From contig JBAZYS010000003.1 in NCBI GenBank assembly GCA_041659205.1, forward strand, positions 3,266-67,265: 64,000 nt of DNA. The letters run 5' to 3'. Numbering within the stretch: position 1 is the stretch's first letter; every line of letters begins with the position of its first letter. This document shows, one piece after another, positions 39,522 through 48,655 of the stretch. Source of the DNA: Minisyncoccota bacterium. Lineage in GTDB: Bacteria > Patescibacteriota > Minisyncoccia > Phycocordibacterales > UBA9973. A program made the translations under genes and the position numbers. The notes under the pieces were generated by a model. The model was given only the letters and a program-made list of their open reading frames with translations. It was not told where the DNA came from and made no database searches.

Positions 39522-40049
39522 CTATAGAGCCATCAGCTTTTTGTAAAGCTCGAAGGTTGCACGTGCATCTGGCAAGGCACTATGTGCCCGCTCGTTTTTT
39601 ATATCAAAATGAATACACAGTTCTCGAAGAGAAAGATGCTCGATGTTTGGATCGTTGTGAAATTTTGCCCAGGCTAATGAAATTGTATCTAATTTATGAT
39701 AATGCATTGTATTTTGTATTTGTATTTTATTGAAAGTATATTCTAGAAATCCCGCATCAAAAGCAACATTGTGCCCTACCATAATACAATCCTTTACTTT
39801 TAGGGACAGTATTTCCATTGCCTCTTTTAAGCCATAAGCAGATTCCCAGTTGTCAGGATTATAATGATTCACTTTTAAAGCAACAGGGTCAGCATCTTCT
39901 ATGTGTTCAGGTTTTATTTTTAGTTCAAACTCTTCTATTACTTCTAGCTCGGCAGTTGTAAGAACACAACCAATTTCAATAATCTCATGTTTGAGCAAAT
40001 TAAGGCCGGTCGTTTCTATGTCGATAAAAGCAAAATTGTGTTTTCTCAT
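39522..40049 (-). CDS. DEDDh 3'-5' exonuclease (DnaQ-like)
   Basis: DIETTG, GHNVAFD and AHSALPDA motifs. Confidence 0.93.
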   Translation of the reverse strand: MRKHNFAFIDIETTGLNLLKHEIIEIGCVLTTAELEVIEEFELKIKPEHIEDADPVALKVNHYNPDNWESAYGLKEAMEILSLKVKDCIMVGHNVAFDAGFLEYTFNKIQIQNTMHYHKLDTISLAWAKFHNDPNIEHLSLRELCIHFDIKNERAHSALPDARATFELYKKLMAL

Positions 40050-40095
40050 GGTTCTATTGTATCACCATAACCCTAAGTTCATCGAATGGGTCATT

Positions 40096-41055
40096 TTATT
40101 TTAAATATTTAAATTTATTCTGCACATGCTCTGCAAAAGTTTTTGCATAATGAATACCTCCATCTTTGTCATGGAGATAATAAAGATATGGAGAACTTTC
40201 TGGATAGATAGATGCCTTTATTGCTAGAATGCCAGGATTACTGATTGGGCTCTTCGGTAATCCTCTTGTCTGATAAGTCTCGGGTGCAGCGTCAACCTGA
40301 AGGGGCATACCAATCTTTATTCTTCTCCAGAGAATTCCAGAGATTACCCCCCGATCAATATCTCCTTTTGACTCTCTCTCGATGATTGAAGCCATGATTA
40401 TGATATCTTTCTCATTTTTATTTAAAGAAATAATTTCTTTACGAAGAGGATTAATTTTTTTCTCAAAATTTTCTGTCATTGATTTTAATACAACTTTTTC
40501 ATCAGCATCCGCTAGAAAAAAATATGTATCTGGGAAAAGATAACCTTCATATTTTTTTGCTTGTATCAAAAACTGAGCATTATTAAAATTTATTAACTTT
40601 AATGAAACCGTATCTCCTATTTGGCCTATATCATAACCCTCTGGAATTGTTATTGAAACAGGTGCCATTCTATGCTCACCACTTGCTATACGCCAGGCTA
40701 TTTCCCAAACTGGCAATTTTTTTTCAAATAAATAGTTAGCAGAAACTATGTGTAGCTCTGCCCCAAAAATTATCACAAAGGATTCAAATATCACCCTGGA
40801 ACGTATTAAATGTTCATTTTTAAGTTCAGCAGAAATATTCCGCAAGTTTGACCCTTTCTCTACTCTCAGGATAGCTCCAACTGGAAAATCTCTAGGTGTA
40901 CTTATAAATAAAAAATAAACAAAACCTAAAGATATAGCTGAGCCGACTAAATAATAAAAATATTTTTTATTATTCTTCCACGAAGGACAGTCTTTCGTAG
41001 AAACGAAGGATTGTCCTTCGTTAGGATTTTTAAATTCTTTAGGTAAATTTTCCAT
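40096..41055 (-). CDS. mltG: Endolytic transglycosylase MltG
   Basis: TIPEG, EGYLFPDTY, MASIIERE, MPLQVDA and GLPKSPISNPG motifs. Confidence 0.93.
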   Translation of the reverse strand: MENLPKEFKNPNEGQSFVSTKDCPSWKNNKKYFYYLVGSAISLGFVYFLFISTPRDFPVGAILRVEKGSNLRNISAELKNEHLIRSRVIFESFVIIFGAELHIVSANYLFEKKLPVWEIAWRIASGEHRMAPVSITIPEGYDIGQIGDTVSLKLINFNNAQFLIQAKKYEGYLFPDTYFFLADADEKVVLKSMTENFEKKINPLRKEIISLNKNEKDIIIMASIIERESKGDIDRGVISGILWRRIKIGMPLQVDAAPETYQTRGLPKSPISNPGILAIKASIYPESSPYLYYLHDKDGGIHYAKTFAEHVQNKFKYLK

Positions 41056-41056
41056 A

Positions 41057-42451
41057 CTAAATAGGTAAATTTGTAGGCGGAGCAGCTTCTTTAGACTCAA
41101 TACGTTCAAGAGTAGGAACTTTCAATATCTGACCTGGGAAATGCCAAAGCGTAGCAAGCTCTTCAACGTTCAAAACAAATGTTGGAGGGTGAAAATACGG
41201 AAGCCAAAATTGTTTAATAATTATAGAAACAAATCCTGTAATCGTATGGTTATTAAAAAGATTGTGCCTCATTGGTAAATGAAAAAAACCTCTTTCACGA
41301 AATTCATGAACCATTCTATCAGCTAATATCATCACTTTCTCAGAAGAAAGAGGGAAAAATGAAGTATTAAAAGCATCTGCCTGGGTTGAGTTCACGCGAG
41401 AAAGTTCATTGCAGTCGGGCCTAGCGTACTGACGAAAAATAAGACGAAGATTCCTTCTGTTGCTCATATCATATACTTCTTTTTTAGCTACATAACATAC
41501 TCTAATACCAGAATCAAAACCAATTTTTGAAATCTTTGAAACCATTCCCTCTACGGTTTTCTTATAAATATCAGGTACACGCATTTCTATGCGCTCCCCT
41601 TCATCCTTAACAGCCGTAAAAGCTTTTAAAAATTTAAACTGCTCTTTTTTTGCTTCCTCAACCCAGTCATGATGCCCAAAATATGTTCCGTGAGTATGGT
41701 AAGATTTCTTCGAAGGTCTAACAACAATCTGCATCCACATTTGTTCTCCTTTTTGCAGTGAACCAAAAAGCTCAATAACAGGAGAAATAGGGTCAACTTT
41801 ATATTCTTCTTTTGGATCTTTATCTAGACCGAAATCTACATACGTCTTAATCGGGTACGCTTCTGGTTTTACTAAATTAAATTCACAGCCCCACGCATTC
41901 CAATCACTCTCCGGAGAAATTTTATCAACTGCGAGAGTGTAATCTTCTACTGCTTTTACTTGTGCTTGTGGGTACTGTGCATATATCTGTGTTTCTATAA
42001 GACCCTTCACACGCGTCGGTGTTCGTATATAAAAATGAACTTGTCCATCTATAGATGCAATTTCTAAAGAAAACCAAAACCACACAGCACCCTGCCAGTA
42101 CTCTTCCCGGCCTCCTTTCTGACTCCAGTGATAAAGAGCATTTGTAAAGAAAAGTTCCATCGCTTTTGGGCTTCTTAAAACCTCACGTGGAGGAACTATT
42201 TCAAGTAAAACAAAATCTATACCGGAAATAAAATCTTGCTGTACATAATGAACCCACATCTTCCAAGCTATCCAACCTAAAAATATTGTTCCAGCCAAAG
42301 GAAGCAAACTTCTTATAAGTGTATACTGATACTCGAATTTAAAAATAAAGTAAACAATAATTACAATTAGTATCCAGTACCAATATTCCAACACCAACTC
42401 TTCAATACGATCAAGTAGCCCAGCCGGTTTTTCTTTTTTTCCCTCAGCCAT
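41057..42451 (-). CDS. Conserved membrane hypothetical protein
   Basis: Two N-terminal TM helices; FSLEIAS, IYAQYP, YPIKTY and EELATLWHFP resemble the N-terminal region of CPR VirB4-like proteins. Confidence 0.75.
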   Translation of the reverse strand: MAEGKKEKPAGLLDRIEELVLEYWYWILIVIIVYFIFKFEYQYTLIRSLLPLAGTIFLGWIAWKMWVHYVQQDFISGIDFVLLEIVPPREVLRSPKAMELFFTNALYHWSQKGGREEYWQGAVWFWFSLEIASIDGQVHFYIRTPTRVKGLIETQIYAQYPQAQVKAVEDYTLAVDKISPESDWNAWGCEFNLVKPEAYPIKTYVDFGLDKDPKEEYKVDPISPVIELFGSLQKGEQMWMQIVVRPSKKSYHTHGTYFGHHDWVEEAKKEQFKFLKAFTAVKDEGERIEMRVPDIYKKTVEGMVSKISKIGFDSGIRVCYVAKKEVYDMSNRRNLRLIFRQYARPDCNELSRVNSTQADAFNTSFFPLSSEKVMILADRMVHEFRERGFFHLPMRHNLFNNHTITGFVSIIIKQFWLPYFHPPTFVLNVEELATLWHFPGQILKVPTLERIESKEAAPPTNLPI

Positions 42452-42513
42452 GCTCTTATTTTAATACAAAAGACAAAATAAACAAAGCTATATATGTAAA
42501 TAGGCAATAGAAA

Positions 42514-43545
42514 TTAGGCTAAGGTATAGAGACCTTTTGCGTTCTTTTTGAAATATTTTGGATTTGCAAGATTAACTAAAATAGTATTCTTTTTGAAATA
42601 TCTCTCCTTCATTACTCTAGCTACAACATCATCCTTTGAAAGTGGTGCTCCTTCTCTTTTTAAGATATCTTGGATTACCTCACGGGCAATACCAGTCTTA
42701 TAACCCCATTCTGCAAGAGCATACATTCCACGGCCCACTAAGACGAAACGAGAATCTTTAATAAGTTCATTGTGACAAGTCGCATAGTGTATTTTTTTGC
42801 CAAATGTTTTCGAAATAGAATCTGCTACTTCTTTAAAGTGCAAAGGTGTTCCATGGCGTCTCATCACCAGAAAAGCATAATCCTTAACACCGCGAGTACG
42901 AATATTTGGTGATGAAGCTTTACCCCATTCACCTAGTTCGTTTTTAGCAATTGTCTTCGACATAGAGAGCCATCTCTTTGCCATTTCTTCATCTCTATAT
43001 CCTTCAGCAACATCTTTCATTTGATCAAAAAACTTTTTAATCATTTCAGTTTCCGGAATAAGGTCTTCATCTTTTAAGCTAGAATAAAGCTTACGAAGAG
43101 TTTCATGAACCTTGGTAGACATTGTATCGTCCACACTGTAGCGCGTATGAAAATTTTCATCTTCCCGATGTTTCTTGAACACGTCAGCTAAAACTAAGAA
43201 AAAAGAAATATGATTCTGGGTATTTTTATCTTTAGAAATAAAAGGCAAAAATTCATGTTCGGCAACGATTGAGCCTAAATTGTGTACTATTTGCCTCAAC
43301 TCATCAAAAATAGCTTGCTCATTTTTATAGGCATCTGATTTTTTAACAAGATTAATAGCCGCCTCCTCAACCTGACGAACACGTTCACGGGTAATGTTAT
43401 ATTTTTTACCAATCTCCTCAAGAGTTTTCTTTTTTCCATCTGGTGTCAAGCCAAAACGATTCATGATCACATCGAGGGCGCGATCCTGAAGATGAGAAGT
43501 TATTTTTTTAGTAATTTTTTGTGGTTTAAAAGATATTGTTGCCAT
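42514..43545 (-). CDS. Sigma70 region-4 HTH plus HARE-HTH (RNAP delta-like) protein
   Basis: RFGL...TLEEIGKKYNITRERVRQVE; HNELIKDSRFVLVGRGMYALAEWG. Confidence 0.8.
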   Translation of the reverse strand: MATISFKPQKITKKITSHLQDRALDVIMNRFGLTPDGKKKTLEEIGKKYNITRERVRQVEEAAINLVKKSDAYKNEQAIFDELRQIVHNLGSIVAEHEFLPFISKDKNTQNHISFFLVLADVFKKHREDENFHTRYSVDDTMSTKVHETLRKLYSSLKDEDLIPETEMIKKFFDQMKDVAEGYRDEEMAKRWLSMSKTIAKNELGEWGKASSPNIRTRGVKDYAFLVMRRHGTPLHFKEVADSISKTFGKKIHYATCHNELIKDSRFVLVGRGMYALAEWGYKTGIAREVIQDILKREGAPLSKDDVVARVMKERYFKKNTILVNLANPKYFKKNAKGLYTLA

Positions 43546-43552
43546 ATTTTTT

Positions 43553-45352
43553 TTATCTCTTTGATTTAATTCTATCAATTTCTGTCAGATATTTTTTACG
43601 AAGTCGAACAGATTTTGGTGTGATTTCTAAGTACTCATCCCCATTCATAACCTCAAGACCTCGTTCAATACTCAAAGTAAAAACAGGATTAAGGGTTATC
43701 GCCTCATCAGTACCAGAAGCTCGCATGTTGGTAAGTTGTTTTCCTTTTGTTGGGTTGACTGACATGTCCTCACCTTTCAAAACATTACCAACAACCATTC
43801 CTTCATAAACTTCAGTTCCGTGATCTACATACAATATACCACGTTCTTGTAAATTTGCAAGGGAAAAAGCTACGGCCTTACCCGCCACCATAGAAGACAT
43901 GGAACCATACTCTCTTTTTTTGATTTCTCCAGCATACTCTCTGAAGCCTGTAACGCGAGAAGACATTATTCCTTCTCCTTTTGTGTCTATAATAAATTCA
44001 CTACGATAACCTAAAAGTCCGCGTGTCGGTATATCGAAGATGACTCTAGCGATTCCTTCTTTTTCAACCATATCCTTCATAATACCGCGTCTTTTACCGA
44101 TTTTTTCAATAACTGCTCCACTAGACTCCATCGGAACATCAATTACCAATTCTTCATAAGGTTCTGTTTTAACCCCGTTTTCTTCTTTAATGATAACTTC
44201 TGGTTGAGAAACCTGCATTTCAAAACCTTCTCGGCGCATATTTTCAAGCAAGATTGCAATATGGAGTTCCCCTCGTCCGTATACTTTAAAAAATGAAGGG
44301 CCCATTTTGTCGCCCTGGTCTGGAGAAAAATCAACTTTCAATCCGACGTTTATTTCTAATTCTTTTTCTAATCTTTCTTTGATTTGTCTAGAGGTAAGAA
44401 ATTTTCCTTCTTTTCCAGCAAATGGAGAATCATTCACTAAAAAGTTAAGAGAAAGTGTCGGCTCATCAATAGCGATATGAGGTAATGGTTCGATGCTCTC
44501 GTCTTCACACAAAGTCTCTCCAATATAAATATCAGGAATTCCTGCAAGTAAAACAATGTCACCTGAAGTAGCAGACTCAATTTCTTTTCTATTTATTCCT
44601 TCAAAAACAAAAAGTTTTGTGATCTTGCCCTTTCTTGTTCCGTTTTCTCCTTTAACAAAAAGCTGGCTTCCGGAGACAATTTTCCCAGAGTAAATACGTG
44701 CGACAGCCATTCTGCCTAGGAAATTATCGTAACCCAAATTAAAAACTTGGGCAGACATTTTCCCCTCTTCTTCAACAGAAGCTGGTGCAACTTTTTCTAA
44801 AATTAAATCAAGTAATGGAGAAAGGTCTTCTGACTTATCATCTAAATGTCTAAAGGCTTTTCCTTCGCGTCCGATAGCGTAAATTGTTTCAAAATTTGCT
44901 TGCTCTTCATTAGCCCCTAGTTCGAAAAATAAATCCAAAACTTCTTCGTGAACTCTATGCGCATCCGCTGCTGGTTTATCTATTTTATTTATAACTACTA
45001 TTGGCTTCAAACCTAATTCTAAAGATTTCTTAAGGACGAAACGGGTCTGAGGCATTGGGCCTTCGGCTGCATCTACGAGTAAAAGAACAGAATCAATTGC
45101 ACGTAAAACACGCTCAACCTCAGAGCCGAAGTCAGCGTGACCAGGAGTATCCACAATGTTTATCTTTGTATCTTTATAATTAATCGAAGTATTTTTCGAA
45201 TAAATAGTAATTCCACGCTCTTTTTCAAGATCGTTTGAATCCATTGATACTCCTTCATCTTGAAGCCCACCATTTTGCTTCATTAAAGCATCAGTCAAGG
45301 TCGTCTTGCCGTGGTCCACGTGAGCTATTATTGCTATATTTCTAATTTGCAT
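43553..45352 (-). CDS. typA: Translational GTPase TypA/BipA
   Basis: IAHVDHGKTT, DTPGHADF, GRGELH and KQLTNMRASG motifs. Confidence 0.97.
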   Translation of the reverse strand: MQIRNIAIIAHVDHGKTTLTDALMKQNGGLQDEGVSMDSNDLEKERGITIYSKNTSINYKDTKINIVDTPGHADFGSEVERVLRAIDSVLLLVDAAEGPMPQTRFVLKKSLELGLKPIVVINKIDKPAADAHRVHEEVLDLFFELGANEEQANFETIYAIGREGKAFRHLDDKSEDLSPLLDLILEKVAPASVEEEGKMSAQVFNLGYDNFLGRMAVARIYSGKIVSGSQLFVKGENGTRKGKITKLFVFEGINRKEIESATSGDIVLLAGIPDIYIGETLCEDESIEPLPHIAIDEPTLSLNFLVNDSPFAGKEGKFLTSRQIKERLEKELEINVGLKVDFSPDQGDKMGPSFFKVYGRGELHIAILLENMRREGFEMQVSQPEVIIKEENGVKTEPYEELVIDVPMESSGAVIEKIGKRRGIMKDMVEKEGIARVIFDIPTRGLLGYRSEFIIDTKGEGIMSSRVTGFREYAGEIKKREYGSMSSMVAGKAVAFSLANLQERGILYVDHGTEVYEGMVVGNVLKGEDMSVNPTKGKQLTNMRASGTDEAITLNPVFTLSIERGLEVMNGDEYLEITPKSVRLRKKYLTEIDRIKSKR

Positions 45353-45519
45353 ATTTTAAAATTTTATTTTTCCGTTAACGAAACAAAAAAGCCCTAAGGC
45401 CCTTTTAAATCTATTTTATAATAACATAGTTTTAAGGAAAACACAAATATCACTATAAATAAACAAAAAAAGGCAAGTTTATTGCCTTTTTTTGTAAAGA
45501 TTAAAGCTAAAAAATATGC

Positions 45520-45972
45520 TTAATTAGTCCCCTTTCTGTTTCTTTGCATAGCTACGGCCTTGGTAACTATTTTTACTGTTTTGGCAGTTAGAATATTTGT
45601 TGTTTTATCCAGTGTACCAACAACAATTACTTTTTGCCCCACAGCAAGATTTGATAACGTAGCGCTAATTCCATCCTTTTTATAGGTAGTTGATGCATCA
45701 GTTTTAACATCAACAGATGAAATCTGTTTAGTCTTTAAATTTTTTACATCAATTGTAAAACCAGTACTACTCAACACTCCGATGGTTCCAACAATATTTG
45801 CTTTTCCTGTCCTTCTAATTCTTAAACCTTTCTCACCCTTGCCTTCTTTTTGATGAATAGGCTGTACGTTTTTTATACCAAGGTCTTGTGGGCCTGCAGC
45901 AAAAACACTAGAACCTGAAACTAATAATGATATTGCGAGCGCACCTGTGGCAATTTGTTTTTTGTATTTCAT
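45520..45972 (-). CDS. Secreted OB-fold (DUF5666-like) protein
   Basis: Signal peptide; T.Y.KDG....LSNLAVGQKVIVVG. Confidence 0.7.
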   Translation of the reverse strand: MKYKKQIATGALAISLLVSGSSVFAAGPQDLGIKNVQPIHQKEGKGEKGLRIRRTGKANIVGTIGVLSSTGFTIDVKNLKTKQISSVDVKTDASTTYKKDGISATLSNLAVGQKVIVVGTLDKTTNILTAKTVKIVTKAVAMQRNRKGTN

Positions 45973-46032
45973 AAATTCGAATTAAGTTATTTAATTAATA
46001 ATGAACCTACACTACGACTATAGTGTACATTT

Positions 46033-46067
46033 ATTCTATATTTACTAAATGAAGTTATTGTGAAGAG
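46033..46067 (-). promoter_or_regulatory. Candidate OmpR-family operator plus -10 box
   Basis: CTCTTCA-N6-CTTCA-N11-TAGAAT on the minus strand. Confidence 0.6.
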
Positions 46068-47089
46068 ATAGGTAAAGTAATTATCACATTTGTACCCTTA
46101 TTTACTCCACTTTTTATTGCAATTGTTCCTTTATGATTTTCAATTATTTTTTTTGACAAAGTAAGCCCAAGTCCTGCACCTTCAGTATTACGTGCCTCAT
46201 TTCCTCTAAAAAAAGGATCGAAAATTTTATTCAAAATATCTTCTCTTATCCCGACACCATTGTCACTTATTATAATTACATATTTACCTGAAACAATTTT
46301 ATCTGACACTAGAATACTTCCATTCTCTCTTGTATGCTTAATGGCATTATCAAAAATATTAAAAAATACTCGACTTAACTCAATTTCACTACCTTGTATA
46401 ATTACTGATGTTTCTATTTTTTCCCCGATATTTATATTTTTTATCTTGGCTAAATTTTTATTTTTTTCTACAATAGATTTTATTAGCTCATTTATATGCA
46501 CATCCTTATATTCTGTTTGTCTTGGTGTGTCATATTTTGATAAATCAAGTAAATTATTACTGAGTTTTGAAAATTCTCTCATCTCTTCTAGTGTATTTTC
46601 TAATGTTTTTTTAGCTCCAATAAAATCTAAATTCTTATTGTTAAGATTAACTTCAAGTCCCGAGATAACTACAGCGATAGGGGTACGTAGTTCGTGAGAA
46701 GCATCAGCAATAAATCTCTTCTGCTTTTGCATATTAAATTTAATTGGTTCCAATGTCTTATATGTAAGTAGAAATCCCAAAATAATAACAAAAAATATAA
46801 TAATCAAGTCTATTGTAATAAAACGATTTAATAATATATCTTGCGCTCTATCTATGATTAACTGAGCAGTTCTAGCGTCAAGAAAAATATTATCTAAAAT
46901 TGATTGAGCAAAATTAGAAAGAATCGTGTTGTAAAGGACAATACTAGAACCACCCAAAATTACTATTGCCGTAATTGAATAGTATAAAGTAAGTCTGAGT
47001 CGCGCGATAAAAAATTCATCGTTCTTACGATTAACCTTCCATTTTGTAACCAACTCCTCGAATTGTTTGTATAATTTTTCCATTATCAT
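46055..47089 (-). CDS. Sensor histidine kinase
   Basis: Two TM helices; ASHELRTP, NIFDNAIK, DNGVG and GAGLGL motifs. Confidence 0.96.
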   Translation of the reverse strand: MIMEKLYKQFEELVTKWKVNRKNDEFFIARLRLTLYYSITAIVILGGSSIVLYNTILSNFAQSILDNIFLDARTAQLIIDRAQDILLNRFITIDLIIIFFVIILGFLLTYKTLEPIKFNMQKQKRFIADASHELRTPIAVVISGLEVNLNNKNLDFIGAKKTLENTLEEMREFSKLSNNLLDLSKYDTPRQTEYKDVHINELIKSIVEKNKNLAKIKNINIGEKIETSVIIQGSEIELSRVFFNIFDNAIKHTRENGSILVSDKIVSGKYVIIISDNGVGIREDILNKIFDPFFRGNEARNTEGAGLGLTLSKKIIENHKGTIAIKSGVNKGTNVIITLPISSQ

Positions 47090-47699
47090 GAATTTTTCTT
47101 CTTAGATTTTTTATATGCACGTCGACAGTATTACTAAATGATGAATCTGCAAAATCCCAAGCATGCGAATAAAGTTCGTCTCTGGTTATTACTTTATTTA
47201 AATTGCGAATCAGATATTCAAGTACCATGAATTCTTTCAGCGTTAAAGAAATGATTTTGTTTTTGTAAGTTACTGTCCTACTCGTTGTGTTCATATTAAT
47301 ATTACCAGAAGTAAGCACAATGGGCGAAGATTGCTTTGGACGTCGCAAAAGTGCATGAACGCGAGCAAGTAGTTCCTTGAAAGCAAATGGCTTTGCTAAA
47401 TAATCGTCTGCCCCAGCATCAAGACCAATAACCTTATCATCTGTGGTACTAAGCGCAGTAAGCATCAGTATTGGAACGATAACGCCATTTTCTCGCCAAC
47501 TATCACAAACTAAAATTCCATCTTTCCCAGGAAGCATTCTGTCGAGAATCACAAGGTCGTATTCGTCACGATTGAATAATATCCGACGTTCTGCCACAAG
47601 CCCATCTACTATAATATCAACAGCATAGCCTTCTTGCATAAGGCCTTGTTTCAAATTTTCCGCCAATTTTGTATTGTCTTCAACGACTAATATCTTCAT
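47031..47699 (-). CDS. OmpR/PhoB-family response regulator
   Basis: Receiver domain (ILDRMLPG, GADDYLAKP) plus wHTH (TIRGVGY). Confidence 0.97.
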   Translation of the reverse strand: MKILVVEDNTKLAENLKQGLMQEGYAVDIIVDGLVAERRILFNRDEYDLVILDRMLPGKDGILVCDSWRENGVIVPILMLTALSTTDDKVIGLDAGADDYLAKPFAFKELLARVHALLRRPKQSSPIVLTSGNINMNTTSRTVTYKNKIISLTLKEFMVLEYLIRNLNKVITRDELYSHAWDFADSSFSNTVDVHIKNLRRKIHDNGKIIQTIRGVGYKMEG

Positions 47700-47705
47700 A
47701 CATTT

Positions 47706-47740
47706 ATGATACCACCATTAAGTGAAATCTTCATGAAGAG
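47706..47740 (-). promoter_or_regulatory. Candidate OmpR-family operator plus -10 box (autoregulation)
   Basis: CTCTTCA-N6-TTTCA-N11-TATCAT on the minus strand. Confidence 0.6.
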
Positions 47741-47789
47741 CACATTTTAAACAGCAGAGGATGCAAAAAATGTTATTTTATGTTATTTT

Positions 47790-47950
47790 GTAAATACGCG
47801 TCGGTATAGGGTGTGCAGGAAAAACTATAGTATTGATATAAAGTTCTTATACGTTGAAAAGTAAACATATGCGTCGGTATAGGGTGGTAGGAAAAACTAG
47901 AGTATCGATGTAAAGTTCTAATACGTTGAAAAGTAAATACATGCGTCGGT
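47790..47950 (+). repeat. About 72-73-bp tandem repeat running into the tRNA-Tyr 5' end
   Basis: GCGTCGGT at 47798, 47871 and 47943; units share GGAAAAACTA..GTAT.GAT.TAAAGTTCT.ATACGTTGAAAAGTAAA. Confidence 0.9.
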
Positions 47951-48025
47951 GGTAGAGTGGTCAATTACAACAGACTGTAAATCTGTCGCCTTCGGGCTAC
48001 GAAGGTTCGAATCCTTCCCGACGCA
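47943..48025 (+). tRNA. tRNA-Tyr (GTA)
   Basis: GCGTCGG/CCGACGC acceptor stem, ACAGA-CTGTAAA-TCTGT anticodon arm, long variable arm, GGTTCGAATCC. Confidence 0.95.
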
Positions 48026-48057
48026 CAAAACAAATCCCGAAAGGGATTTTTGTTTTG
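48026..48057 (+). terminator. Terminator after tRNA-Tyr
   Basis: CAAAACAAATCCC-gaaa-GGGATTTTTGTTTTG. Confidence 0.8.
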
Positions 48058-48062
48058 TTAAT

Positions 48063-48172
48063 CGGAGAAAGCAAATTTATTTGCTTTCGTGAAGGATGAG
48101 AAAAGCTTTTACCTATATGCTGGAAGTATATGCAAAAGGTATACTGCCCTCGTAGAGGGAGAAATTCCTTCC
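48063..48172 (+). repeat. tRNA-trailing structured element, copy 1
   Basis: AAGCAAATTTATTTGCTT hairpin, anti-T-arm GAAGGAT..GAA, CCCTC-GTA-GAGGG hairpin, TCCTTCC. Confidence 0.7.
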
Positions 48173-48330
48173 ATTAAAAATTTAAGCTTCTGCTTGGGTT
48201 TTTTAATTTATATCTCGTTACCCTTGACAAATTGATTAAAAGTTGTTACTCTCAAAAATGAAAACAAGCACATTGAACAAACAAACGGCACCCGAAAAAA
48301 CATCGGGAAATTCTAAAAGGAGGAAAAGCC

Positions 48331-48564
48331 GTGTCGACTGAACAGAAAGCTCCCAAGGACAAGACCCGGGTGATCGGGGTCGATCTTTTCGACCACGAGG
48401 ATTACCACGTCGGTGACTACGATACGCCCGAAGAGGCGTTCGAGATCGCCGACGATCACAACAAAGCACGCACTGGTCCGATGGACGATGTTTTCTACGT
48501 CTACAACGACCAGGGTGCCTACATCCGAGGAAACGAAGCTGTCGGACAAGAAGTGAGTCCGTAG
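48331..48564 (+). CDS. Acidic hypothetical protein, 77 aa, GC-rich relative to the host
   Basis: AGGAGG SD, TTGACA-17-TACTCT promoter at 48224, terminator at 48585-48609. Confidence 0.75.
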   Translation: MSTEQKAPKDKTRVIGVDLFDHEDYHVGDYDTPEEAFEIADDHNKARTGPMDDVFYVYNDQGAYIRGNEAVGQEVSP

Positions 48565-48655
48565 TTTCCATCTTCACCACCAATGGGCGGTCAGCAATGA
48601 CCGCCTTTTATTTTTTAAAAAATATTTAATTAAATAATATAGATACAAAATAAAA

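Noticed and set aside
47790-47950. Periodic repeat as a CRISPR array
   Set aside because: Whole units are similar with no unique spacers, there are only about two copies, and no cas genes are present.
47773-47964. 63-aa minus-strand ORF with an internal repeat
   Set aside because: It is a by-product of the tandem repeat and is antisense to the tRNA-Tyr 5' end.
48236-48583. 115-aa and 78-aa minus-strand ORFs
   Set aside because: They are shadows of the plus-strand 77-aa gene, which has a promoter, SD and terminator.
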